From positions 1 to 64,000 of the forward strand of contig NIVC01001680.1 in NCBI GenBank assembly GCA_002269645.1: 64,000 bases of DNA, given 5' to 3'. Below the pieces are notes generated by a model, which did not search any database, was not told the origin of the DNA, and saw only the letters and a program-made list of their open reading frames with translations. Below, piece by piece: positions 11,469 to 24,125 of this stretch. Numbering within the stretch: position 1 is the first letter of the stretch; every line of letters starts with the position of its first letter. Position numbers and translations under genes: made by a program. This DNA comes from Macrostomum lignano. Taxonomy: Eukaryota.

Positions 11469-14400
11469 TACTCAGGATTTTTTGACATTCTACTGGATTG
11501 TCTTCACCTACCTTTGGACTATATAGTTTTTTATTCTTTAATATAATGGTACATTGAATTAAGATGAATTGAATTGGCCTGATAATGTCTATGTTTGACA
11601 AAATATGTTGGTTAAAAAGAAACATTTGTATTATGTTTTAGTTGACATTTATTTTCCTACTTTTTTTGACAAGCTACACTTCCGCAGAAGTTGCAGAACT
11701 TTTAGACTATATCAAAATTGCTTTTACTGATTTCAAGACTTATTTTATTGTATCAGCTATCAATTTATTGTGAAAACATTTCATTTTTATGTCTTATAAT
11801 GAAGGAGATCTAAATAAATACATTTGTCTAAAATTGTAACTAAGCCTATGGTTTGATCTATGCTAGATACCACCTTTCTTACACTAGACTACACTTGCAT
11901 TACTAGGGGCCAATCTATGCTAGACATTATCTGCAATAATGGCCATTGGCAACAACAGGGGTCTGTCCCCCTGATATGAATTCTAGCTATATGCATATTT
12001 TATTCATTTAATTTTGAATGATATATACCACTGTGACTATCTTCCTATAATATATTTATCATAGTATAACTTATAGGTTTAATAAATATTAAAATGCAAA
12101 GCTCATGGTCACTTTCTATGGCAAAAATTGGTCAATTTGTAAAAAACATACTTAAGAGTATTCCCTGCTCCTTATATACATGTGTCATTATTAATTTCAA
12201 TGCATTGATAACTAGATTATTATCTAAGAAAAAACTATCTATTATAAAATTGAGAAATAAAGAACATAAACAAAAGATGTCAGCTATATATGACCACCTA
12301 ATAATATGCAAATAATGCTATAATAGCCAAATTGATAGAAATTATCTATATGTGCTTAAATGTATATAGACTAAAAATGCCTTGAGGTTAAGACATGATA
12401 TACAATATAAAATTGTATAAACTAACCCTAAATAAACAACTCTTTGAATATTCTAGATATGCACATGAGATTATCTTGTCCTCTTTCTCTTTTTTACCTT
12501 TTGCCAGCGATGAAGAATTGACTCAAATTCTAAGTAAAAAACTCTCACCTATTACTCTTATTGTCTCACCTCTTCTTAAACTAATTATATCTTTCTTAGC
12601 ACTTAACTTTATACTAGCGCTAGCATTCTGGCTAAGAACTGTCAACTAGCTTACTACTATAGGCCCCCAAGCTAGAAGGCAACATTTTGAATTGATACCT
12701 TACCTTCAAACTCTCTAAATCTAAGACAAGGTTGCTAGATAAAGGACTTAGTTTTATCCCAACCTAAGCCCTTGATTTGGATGATCTTAGGAACTGCATG
12801 ATAGAATTTTATTATAAATTCTTCTAAAGACTTTGTCAAGAAGAGGGCAGGGTCTTGCCATTAGTAGCCCACCCTTTTTTATTAGGAAATCAGTGAAAGA
12901 AGTTCCTCTTAGTCTTAAAAGGGATGAGTGCAACTTGTTTATAATTGAGAACCAAAAACTAATAGGATTTGACAATGGTTTAGGTCAAAGGCAACATAGA
13001 GGCACCAGTGACCAAAGCAATTCAAGGGCTTAAGGTCTATAGAGCAATAGGTCCTAGGCCTATTAATGGAACAATAAGAATAAGCAATATATAAACTAAA
13101 GTTAGCTAAAGTTTTCTACTCATTAACATACCTTTAAACATTAGCCAAAAATTATTTAGCTCAGCTCTATCTATAGGCCTACTTATGAAGAGTCTAAATC
13201 AACATTAGAAAATTGATATCTAGGGCAATTCCATGAGTGTGACGGTCGTAGCTTGATGACTTTGAACTTTAATTCTGACACAAAAAAATACTTATACTAG
13301 AGGTTTTTTGTCTCAAAAGAACAATTCTGTAATGCAGTCTAGGGAAAACAAACATTTCTGCACACAGAAATTTATTTTAAACAAATGGGACACAATTTAG
13401 TGGGCGTGACGGTCGTAGCCACAGAATTGAGCACAGGTGCAATTGGAAAAAAAGAATATTAAATCCTGAGAATTACAACTGCTTAGGTATCTAAATTGAT
13501 CTGTTTCTGATAAAAAAACACTAGCACCTTGAAAAAAAAGAGACAAAGCTAGGCGTAGTACTTTTTTTGTATTAATTTTTATGATTATTTTTTGTTGTGA
13601 CAGTCGTAGCATGACGGTCGTAGCCTTCAATTTACCCACTCTAACCAACTCGGAAAAATTGAAAACTGCATGTAACACAAACAAAAAAAGACTACTAAAG
13701 GTCATAATTCAAATTGTACACCAATGTTACGTATTTCAACAGTAATTATAAGTGACTAAAATCGTTATTATGGGGGTCATCGTTGGAGCTTCCAATGGAA
13801 GGCTGCTGGACAATGACCCCAGTTGGCTATCCCATCAAGCGACCCCTGGCATCCATCTGGTAAATGGCGCTAATCCAATGTTAAAACATGTGTGCAGTTT
13901 AACTATAAAATGAGTTAGAAAAATGCATTTGAATTAGAAAATGGTAAATTGACTACTAGGAAAGTAACTGCTATGAGCAACTGGGGGAACAGCAAAATGC
14001 TGACAGCTAAATGAACAGTAGTTGGGTGAACAATCATTAGCCCAGGTGAACAAAGTCAAAGGCATTTAGTCACGCATAGTCAGGGGCAGATACAAACCAA
14101 TAGTGAACAGTTATTTAATCAGACAGCTGCAGACATATAGCCACCCAGTTGGGATACAAATTATAGTCAAACTCAAAATGGGATGGGGAACTCAAAGTGC
14201 CCACGATTGTTCTTGGGTGTGGGGGGCTGAAGATGCTGCAAAACTGAATATATGATACATTGAAAGTTTAATAATGCCTTTAACTTGATTTCAATTCGTA
14301 AAAGAAGATGATATGAAAGTATACCAGCTGGTATACCATAGTGTCATTAGATACAAAATTCTTGTGATGGTCGTAGCTAACTTTGCAGACTTTTTTCTAT

Positions 14401-17250
14401 TAGCCCTTAAGACTTATGTGAACTAAACTTTACCAAATAAAAGTACACATGAAAGACTAATTTTTTGTGCATTTTTACAATAGTAGGTCTTACAGGAAAG
14501 CCAAGAAAAAACTTTTTAGATTTTTTTGTGACAGTCGTGGCTGTACTACAGTTTTTAAACTTTGAAGTCCAATATTCATTGTCCTATGAACTTTACATTA
14601 AAAAGAAAGATTGCAATAAGCTGCAAAAGACACACTTAACGTATAGAAAAAAGTATGGCTCAATGAAATACCAAACAGCCAGGGAATGAAATTATATTTG
14701 TTATAAGAAAAGCATTATATTTAGGTCCGGGTGAAGGGTATGCACATTGGGAGCAAAAAATCAAATGAAAAAAGGCAGCAGATTAAAAAAAAATAAAAAG
14801 GACAAAAATATACATGTTTAACTATATTATAAACATAAAGTTGTCATTATTCAACAATTTTTTAATTTTTGTCCTAGTGGTGACCCATTCATGAATTGCC
14901 TTCTAGAAGTTATTTCACAAATCATAGACATAGCAAAAGTGTAGGCCTATAGCATCTTTGTATATACAATTGCTAAAATAGGCCTATTGTAGATTAAAAG
15001 TGAAATTTTTTATTCCTTTACTTATGTTTTGTAGGCCTATACAAAAAACAAAAAAATATGCAACATTTTTATTTGAGGACTAACTACATATACATTATAT
15101 ATATTGGACTTGAGTAAGACCAACATAAATTTTTAGTTTTTTTTCAAAAAAATATTTAAGCACTTTGTGGCACTTTTTTATAATTTGAAAATACAATACT
15201 GATAAATGATAATAAAAGTATTTAAAAGTTATTTTCTTAACAAATTAACAAGTACTGGTATTACTATTAGATTAGAACAAGTGAAGTGCTAGAACTTTGA
15301 AAATTACTTTTAGTTTTATTGCAATATTGGAACCAAAAGTTTCTTACTCAATATTATTATATTATACTCATATCTAATATAACATAGCATAGACATAGGC
15401 ATATACCAAGTTATTACCATAGCCATAGGCATAACAAGCTGAATATTAAATAATCATTGTTTTTTCTTTTATATTCCTCAATCCTCATAGTCCACATTCA
15501 ACAAATAACAATATTTGCATTGATAGATAGAATATTGAGTGTCAAAAATGTGATATCGTCCAACGACTCCAACTCCAATCCATAAAGGTAGGCCTATCTA
15601 TGACTATGTTATTGATTTGTCTTAAAAAATGGCTCAATCGATTTTTATAAAACTTGTACTGTCTGATCAGATTTTTTTCTTATTCAAGTTATAACCCATT
15701 ACTAATAATGAGTTGCTAATATATATTTTTTCATGTATATGTGATCAATATGAGAAAAATTATTCCTCTAAATCTGCAGTGACATATGCTAGGCCTACGC
15801 GGCTAACCAACTAACAAACAACACAATTACCTAATAGAACGTTTTTCTTAGAAAAGCAATGTTTTTTCTCTTTTAAACTAGATTACAATAACCTGGTCCA
15901 AACAACCAAGGTTTCAACAATTTATATAACATTATTATCATTCATAATTTTCTATGAAGCGTTTACACAATTTGTAAATTATTGCTGTACTATTTAGTTT
16001 ACTTTTTAACTTTACTATTTATAAGTTTATTTAATTATACTTACACTTTTCAGATTCCTTTTTCTACGAAAAAACGAAAAGCCTCCGACAATTATTACAG
16101 TTGTGCATTCGTTCGCCTGCATTTTCTGTAATAGAATGAATGATAATTAACTTAGTTTTTTATCTCTTAATCTGGAAAACTAGACTGAAAAATTACTGTG
16201 CGATATCTAGTACGGATTTGCTTAAATTTATTTAATAAGACGAATTTTCGTGACTAACTGTATGTATTGTATTGTAAGTCGATCTTAGTTAGCCTATCCT
16301 ACTAAACAAATTAAAGTTGTCTACATTGACTTTGACATTAACTCTACATAGAAATGGTTACTCGCAATTCAACGAGCATATTCATTCTTATGAGAGACAA
16401 TGCTGTGCGACACAGAAGCTTTTACAGTGACAATGTAAGTTTACTAAATATTAATAATAATATAATTATTTATTACTCCTTTTTTACATAAATCTTCTGT
16501 CCAGTATATGCGCCATGTCTTTTTTACTGTGACAGTAAAAGACCTTTTTATGTTGCAACAATTAATGAATTAAGGACCTTTTTCCATTGTTATGAAATTA
16601 TAGGCAATCTTCTTGAACATTTGGTAAACTATTTTTTAATGTTTTTCGCATTTCTCCACTTTAGAAACTGATTTTGGCATGTTTGGACATCCCCTAAGCT
16701 ATTAAAACAGTAAAATTAACAACTTTGTTTTTAAACACTTTTTTTCATCTCTAGACTGAGTGGGGCAAAATTCTGCAAAAAAGAAGTGAAGGGTGCAAAT
16801 TAAACTTATATTTTTACTACAATAGTGACTGAACAGGTTAGCTAAAATAGTATTTGTGGTAAATTAATGGCTGGGATTATCTGTGGGAAAGAGCATGGTA
16901 GACAAAGGGAGTTGCTATTGCTAACTAAAAAGTACAAGGTTGAATTGCAAAACAAAAAGTACAAATCCAATATACATTGTCTAATGTGGCACTGATTCTT
17001 GTTGGGAGTGTCTGTGGTCCAAAGGGATGAGTTGGTTAGAGGAAGGGGAAGTCTGAGCACCTAGACTTATGTTTTTGCTGCTAATTAATTCTTGCTAAGA
17101 CCATTAACCAACCTTTAAGTCTAGCCATAACACCATGCCAGGAGGCCACCTAGTAGCACCATCATTTATTGTTAATCCAAACTTGCTATACAATACCATC
17201 AAGCTGACTGAGAGAAACATGCCATTGGCAGAATTAGCTAAGCTGACACA

Positions 17251-17570
17251 GGTGGCCTTGGTATTGATATGGAGGTTGATGAGTCCTACTTCATGCATTG
17301 TACGTTTCATCAGGGTGCCTTCCAACCTGGTCAGTGGGTGCTTGGCATGGTGGAGCGTGGTTCAAAAAAGTGCATGATAGTGGTTGTTCCAGACCACTGG
17401 CTGTCACCATGCTCCCTATCATTGCGTATTTTATTCTACTAGGGTCACGCATCATAACAGATGGCTAGCAGGCATATAACACTGCCAAACCACCAGTGAC
17501 AGTTAACTTGCATTTTGTTGACCCAAACATACCATACAACCATACAAACCTCATTGAGGGAACTTGGGCC
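17251..17570 (+). mobile_element. Decayed Merlin (IS1016/ISXO2-like) transposase fragment
   Basis: GGLGIDMEVDESYF..GQWVLGMVERGSKKCMIVVVPD / TMLPII..GSRIITDG*QAY / VNLHFVDP..HTNLIEGTW read across frameshifts and one stop. Confidence 0.8.
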
Positions 17571-17799
17571 TATGGTTATTAGAATAACTATATGGACATT
17601 GAGACATTTAGCTATAAGCGATAAAAATGAAGAGTATATTTTGAGCAAGATACTTTAGGTTGATATTTAAAGGTGAATGAGTGTACGATATGATTGAGTG
17701 CAATATGGGGTGGGGTGATTAATAAATTTGGGTGAGTGTACGTACAAACAAGATATATATTTTAGCCTAATTGAGCTTACAATTAATGATTGCAATGGA

Positions 17800-19150
17800 C
17801 AAGTACAATAAATATTGCAAAACGGTAGCAGCTCTAGAACAGCCCACATGAAGGCCAAATTTTGCTATCAAGTCATTGACAATTATTTAGATATATTAAG
17901 AAAAAGTGTAGGCATAACATTGGGCTTCAAGAGCTTGTATGAATATCACTTTTTAAGCATGCTGCTATTTTTGTACTAGATGCCAAAAAAATCCTCAGAT
18001 GTTTCAATGAAATCTTGCTCCAAAAAGTAAAAACATACAATAAGCATCTTTGCATGCGCTTTTTCAATGCCAACTTTATATTAAGAAATCAATTTCTTGC
18101 CCTTTTCAATAGGATCAGATTGTTAAGTAGAAAATGCAAGCTTTTGTTATTCTTTTAAACTGCAAATTGATATATGACAATATAGCCACCTTAGCAAATG
18201 AGTGTAGAGCTGCATTTATGAAAACTCAGCTGCAATCACAGACATACAACTAAGGGCCATGACTACCTACTTGCCATACACCTTGATTCTTGTAGTGAGA
18301 AAAGTTTAGGCACAAGTTGTCCAGCCAATGGGCTATATCTTTAATCTTTGTAACCTCAAGAATGAATTCTATGATAGGCACAGCTTTAATAGACTCTGCA
18401 AATTGATACAACTGCACTGCAGAGAAGGGTATTAGGAGAAGTGCACCTGGATAGAACAGAATGCCTCCAGTGGCATCTAGGTGAACAGGTGTCATTCAGT
18501 TTAAATTGAAAGCTACAGTACAGCATTCTAGCAATAGGGAAACAGATATGTTGAATGAACCAAGCAATTACATTGCCATGCTATGGCATTGAGGTCCTCC
18601 ATGTGTTGTGTAGGATTTTAAGGTTGTGGACAATGTCATTTTCTTTATCTTCCTTAGCAACTGCTTTAAAAAACTGTGATAAATGATAGCAAGGCAGCAG
18701 GTGTCATTTCTTAATCAAATCTTCATAAGTTTGTATTGCACTGGTTCCTGGTTGAGTACTTTCTTGTTGAACAAAGACTTAAGCATCTTCAGAACCATGT
18801 TGCCAGTGATGTCGCATATCTGCTCTTCTGGTTGCTAGTTTGTGGCCAACATGCTCATGCTGCTTCTGGAAAGTCAGTCAATATCTTCATTAAAAGGAAG
18901 CTCCGACATAGATAAAATAAAGCTGCACCAATAGCCATTTCCTTCTGCACATAAGACAGAGCCAATATGTAACCAAGCTTTTTCTATCATTGGTCAGGTG
19001 CAAGACTTGTCAATTAACATGTATGGCACAATTCTCATTGTAGTCTCTTAGAATTGACAAATTACATCCACCATCTAGGACTTTTTCTTGCAGGTGGCGC
19101 TTAAAAAGCTTCTGGGAAATCTTAATGCCATGTCCTGTCACTGCTGCCTA
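17800..19150 (-). mobile_element. Decayed MULE-like (NOF/Foldback-type) transposase remnant
   Basis: Minus-strand VHLDATGGI..AVPIIEFILE..IAHWL..VVCDCS*VFINAALHSF resembles the D(ATG)/DxSxAL motifs of NOF-like MULE transposases. Many stops. Confidence 0.55.
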
Positions 19151-20159
19151 AAAATGTGGCAACAATAGAGAATCTTGTTTCATACAAATAAGATTTTTTC
19201 AAAGGCAAAGACTATTCTTTATAGATATTAGATATAGAAGAAATGCTCATGGTGAAGTTCACCTAGAAAACTTAAGGAACAGTCATACTGATGATAATAC
19301 TGAAAGATCCTCCAATATAAAAAGTATATTGCAATATTGCAATTATAATCCTTATATTGCAATTATAAGCATCAATACCAATGTTTGATATATATGATGT
19401 TTGATGTCTTGATATAAGCAATTAAATTATATAGAATATAATCTAGATGATGCTGATAGTTTCTTTTTTATTGCAAGCTAAGAAAATGACAATTAAGATA
19501 TCCATTGCAAAAATAAAATTATATAAACTGCATAACAAATTTCTAATACAAGCTTCATTACTACGAGTATGTAAAAGCTATTATTTATGAGAATAAAAAG
19601 CCATAGATAATATATATACAAGATAAGTCAATTCACTTCCTATAAGTAAGCTATATAAGAAAGCTTAAGGTTCCAACAGCTACTAACAATGAAATCTTGA
19701 TGTCTCTGCTTTTAATATTTGTTGATAGATGGCAGCTCAAAAGAAACAAGTGGGGTTGACTGTTGACTAGAGTGAACCACCTTAATATATGTGGCTTATT
19801 AAAAAAGCATGACAAAACTGATTTAGAAAACTATATATTATGTGAATAATACACTTAACTCAATAAAGCCTAAAAGTCTAAAGTCTAAAAGTAGCCAAAC
19901 AATATTAAACCAACTAGCTATGACAGATAGGTGAGAGACAGGTACTGCTGATATGAGCAGACACTGGACTTGCTAATTTACATGTTGCCAAGTACGTTGA
20001 CTGTCAATGACTTTTAAAGTGGCCCGTTTTGAGACTTCAACTCTCTAGTAGACTACTTTTTGATTGGCAGTTTAGCAGGGCTGGATAGTGAGGTTTGGGG
20101 TTCGAGTCGGAGATCACGAGACTTAACTCACTGATAAAACCTCTTTCTAACCCTCCAAG

Positions 20160-23100
20160 CAGCGCGTTGGTGATGACAAACCATTGATCTCGCGTCGGGA
20201 CAGTCACGACACGGAGTCTGGCAGCGGCCCGGGCGCCCAGGGTACCGCTGTGCCAGAAGTTGTCCACAGCTACGAGGAAATGCAGTATGACTTTGACCGG
20301 ATCCGTGCGAAAATGAGGGAGCTGGCACAGATGCACGACAAGCACCTGAACAGGTGATTATTGCAAGGATGAGTCTTGATTTCACAGTATGAGATCGATT
20401 TCACAGTATGAGAGTCCCGATTTCACAGTATGAGAGTCCCGATTTCCCAAGTATGAGAGTCCCGATTTCCCAAGTATGAAAGTCCGATTTCAAGTATGAG
20501 AGTCCGATTTCCCAAGTATGAGAGTCCCGATTTCCCAAGTATGAGGGTCCCGATTTCCCAAGTATGAGAGTCCCGATTTCCCAAGTATGAGAGTCCCGAT
20601 TTCCCAAGTATGAGAGTCCCGATTTCCCAAGTATGAGAGTCCCGAGTTCCCAAGCATGGAGTCCCGATTTCCCAAGCATGAGAGTCCCGATTTCCCAAGT
20701 ATGAGAGTCCCGATTTCCCAAACATGAGAGTCCCGATTTCACAGTATGAGAGTCCCGATTTCACAGCATGAGAGTCCCAATTTCACAGTATGAGAGTCCC
20801 GATTTCATAGCAATAAAAGTCCCAGTTTCACAGCATGAGAGTCCCGATTTAACAGCATGAGAGTCCCGATTTTACAGTCCCCAATCAACACCCGGTACTC
20901 CCGCAGGCCGTCCCTCGACGACACCGTCGAAGAAGAGCAGCGCATCCAGGACGCCACCAAGCAGCTCACTGACGCGTTCGGTCGGTGCCACAGAAAACTG
21001 AAAGCTCTGGAAGGCCAGCGATCGGCCAGCGGCAGTCAGTTTGGCTGCAATATTCAGCAGGTAATTTACTAGGTATTGATTGATTGCAAAGTCATATGTT
21101 TTGCAAACTCGGATTTAGGAATTTGGGATCTGGGATTGGTAGGGCGTGATTTTAGTTTTTTGGGATCTAGCCCTTGATTCATTGAGGAGGATAGATTTTC
21201 TTTTTAATAGAAGTGCTTAGGAAAACTAGTACTTTACCTACTCCTCAACCCGACACTCCACCTACTGAACCCTACACCCCACCTACTGAACCCTACACCC
21301 CACCTACTGAAACCCACATCCTACCTACTGAAACCCACACCCGCCTACTGAACCCCACACCTCACCCACTGAACCCCACACCCCACCTACTGAACCCCAC
21401 ACCCCATCTACTGAACCCCACACCCCACCTACTGAACCCCACACCCCATCTACTGAACCCCACACCCCACCTACTGAACCCCACACCCCACCTATTGAAA
21501 CCCACACCCCATCTACTGAACCCCAAACCCCACCTATTGAAACCCACACCCCATCTACTGAACCCCACACCCCACCTATTGAAACCCACACCCCATCTAC
21601 TGAACCCCACACCCCACCTATTGAAACCCACACCCCATCTACTGAACCCCACACCCCACCTATTGAAACCCACACCCCATCTACTGAACCCCACACCCCA
21701 CCTATTGAAACCCACACCCCACCTACTGAACCCCACACCTCACCTACTGAACCCCACACCCCCGCAGGCGCTGGCTCGCACTCTGCAGGACATGAGCAGC
21801 GAATTTCGCGCCTCCCAGTCCGGCTACCTGCGCCGTCTGAAGTCACGCGAGGACCGCTCGGCTTCCTCCGGTCTGTCGACTGCCGCAGCCGCGGCCGCCG
21901 CCGCCTCCTCCTCGGGTGGTGGCAGCGGCGGTCTGTCCGGCGCCGACGATGACGGCCTGTCGGAGTTCATCGACCGAGGCTTCGCCCTACAGCTGGTTGA
22001 GGACAACACGGCGTTGGTGCAGCAGAGAGAGCAGGAGATCAACTCCGTGCTGCGGTCGATTCAGGTTAGTAGAGCTGCGGTGTAATGATTAAGGAATTCG
22101 GCCTACCGCCTACTCATGAGTAGCTAGTAAAGGGGCTGCTTTCACAAGCTCAAAAATTCATAGCGCCGAAAAGTTTAAGCACACGAACTTCAAGAACACG
22201 TGCGCCAAATTTTTGTGTACCTTGCCTTCTCAAGCAAGACTCAAGCTGCCAGCCTGGTGTCAACTGTTGAAGGTGCCAAGGGCTTCGAGGTGATGACGGA
22301 ATTCTTGAGAGACCAGCTGAGGATGTCCAGCAATTGAGATTTGCCCACTGTCGAGTCTTGATCAGCGAATACTCGAGAAATTTGCAATAGGGTGTCCATA
22401 GTTACCTAGTGCCACATGTTGAATGTCAAGAAGCTCCATCTGGGTGAAGGCCAGTGACCAACGAAGTCAGAGCTGATGCAGACACATGTGGTCGACGTGC
22501 TGATGAAATTTAGAGGCCTGGCAAGGCTGCTCTGAGGCGCAGTGCTGATTGGCGCACAGGGGTGTATTGAATATACTAGCGCTTATGGGAAAATCCGACC
22601 TGCTTCTGGCAGAATCATCGATTATATCGACGGTCTGGAGGGCTGGCCGCTTGATTCTTGTTTGAGAAGATGCGCAACAAAAAGTGTTCAGATTGATGTT
22701 CGTGTGCCTGCGTTGCTCCGAAAATTGTCAGCTGGGGGATTCTTTGGTAGTTCTACTAATTTTCTACAATTTTTTTTTGTTTATTGCTAGTTTCTTCTCT
22801 ACAATGCATTCATAGTTTAAAATTCTGCTTGAACTTTGCAGATTGCAGAAAGACATTTTTTCGAATATTTAATCCTCGTAAAAATATCATTTACACTTGC
22901 CCCGGTCGGGCCAGATGTGCAACCTACAGCTCAGCCGCAGCTATTGGAACAACCGTACGCATCTGAAGGCTTGGACTAAGATCACTGAAGGTTGTTCAGT
23001 CCAAGAACTGAGGGGTCGCCACACACAGCCTCAATTACCCCAGCTAATGCTGGCACCCATTGTACAGCTGGGTGAACTGAAGCAATGCAGAGTTAAGTGT

Positions 23101-23573
23101 CTTGCTCAAGGACACAAGTTGTTCCAGTGGGATCGGGAATCGAACCCCCGACCTTCAAGTCGTGTGTCTAATGCTCTATCCACTAGGCTACAATCCCTTG
23201 ATCCTCTTAGCATTGAGCAATTTCGGAGTCACGAAACAAGTTTTATGAAAAATCGGTTGAGCCTGAAATCAATCACAAGTACCTAATATTAAGAACAACC
23301 AATTAGCTTTAAAAATTGCTGTAAAAAACTCATCCAGGAACTGGGCGAAATCTTCACCGACGTGGCCCGCCTGGTTGTCGACCAGGGCGAGGTGATTGAC
23401 AGGATCGATTACAACCTGGATCAGGTTGAACCCGAGTGCACGAGGGTCTGCAGCAGCTCAAAAAGGCTGAGAAATATCAGAAGAAAAATCGCAAGATGCT
23501 GATCATTCTGATCCTGGCTGCTCTGGTGGTGTTCTTCACAATTCTACTCGTGTTCACCAAGTTTAAGCGGTGA
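20160..23573 (+). CDS. STX16: Syntaxin-16, exons 20160-20353, 20907-21060, 21768-22064, 23338-23573; first exon not found; one apparent 1-nt deletion near 23431
   Basis: MQYDFDRIRAKMRELAQMHDKHLNR|PSLDD..SEFRASQSGYLRRLKSRE..VQQREQEI..IFTDVARLVVDQGEVIDRIDYN and a C-terminal TM (KNRKMLIILIL..) match STX16. All splice phases are consistent. Confidence 0.92.
20396..20876 (+). repeat. 22/23-bp minisatellite (CAAGTATGAGAGTCCCGATTTCC) in a STX16 intron
   Basis: Direct tandem array. Confidence 0.95.
21238..21760 (+). repeat. 21-bp minisatellite (CCTACTGAACCCCACACCCCA) in a STX16 intron
   Basis: Direct tandem array running up to the acceptor at 21767. Confidence 0.95.
22890..23197 (-). mobile_element. 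tRNA-derived SINE with CORE-like central domain, copy 1
   Basis: Reverse complement has a tRNA-like head (GTAGCCTAGTGG..GGTTCGATTCCCG; A/B boxes) and TGTGTCCTTGAGCAAGACACTTAAC..CAGCTGTACAATGGG. Matches the copy at 29374. Confidence 0.8.
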
Positions 23574-23900
23574 TCAGAGTGACTGGACTGGTTCACTGCA
23601 ACGACAATTGGAATATGTTAATAACAGCTGAATATAGTCAGTAATTATCAATAGTAAAATTAATTATGTTGATTCGTGTTCTATTAAATTATCTGAACTG
23701 CTTTATTAACTGTATATTGCATTGTGTCTCGTCCTCTTGTGATCTGTGTTTTATTTATATATTAGTAGAATCCAAATATAACAATTATTGATTATTGTAA
23801 TTGACAATTAATTGAGCGGGTATTACCTTTAGTTACATTTTCCTGATGTTTGTACACTTTATTTGTCTTCGTTTTTTAAAAACTTTCAGCATATTGCGCT

Positions 23901-23944
23901 GGAATTGCCGTGGAATCGCCGTGGAATTTCCGTGGAATTGCCCT
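23901..23944 (+). promoter_or_regulatory. Four tandem 11-bp GGAATTGCCGT-type motifs upstream of LRAT-caspase gene 1
   Basis: GGAATTGCCGT GGAATCGCCGT GGAATTTCCGT GGAATTGCCCT; the same motif is at 27242-27252, upstream of gene 2. Confidence 0.45.
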
Positions 23945-24125
23945 GTCGCAGCTTTGCACGCATATGTATGCCTTTAAAACTAGGAACGAAACAGCACTGT
24001 ACAACTCAAAGTAGAAGTTTGAATGTTGTACTTAAATGCATGTGGACACAAAAATGGTGTGACTTCTAGGCTATACCAGCTAGCAATCTGACGCTTAACG
24101 GACTTGCTGGATCTTGACTTAAAGC

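Noticed and set aside
12395-13033. Short ORFs possibly from a LINE ORF1
   Set aside because: No diagnostic motif; multiple stops.
21213-21767. Pro/His-rich LLNPTPH N-terminus of the 290-aa ORF
   Set aside because: Intronic 21-bp minisatellite; only 21768-22064 is a STX16 exon.
22200-22520. Possible decayed Gypsy integrase (PCQASK..DFVG) on the minus strand
   Set aside because: Too fragmentary to support a call.
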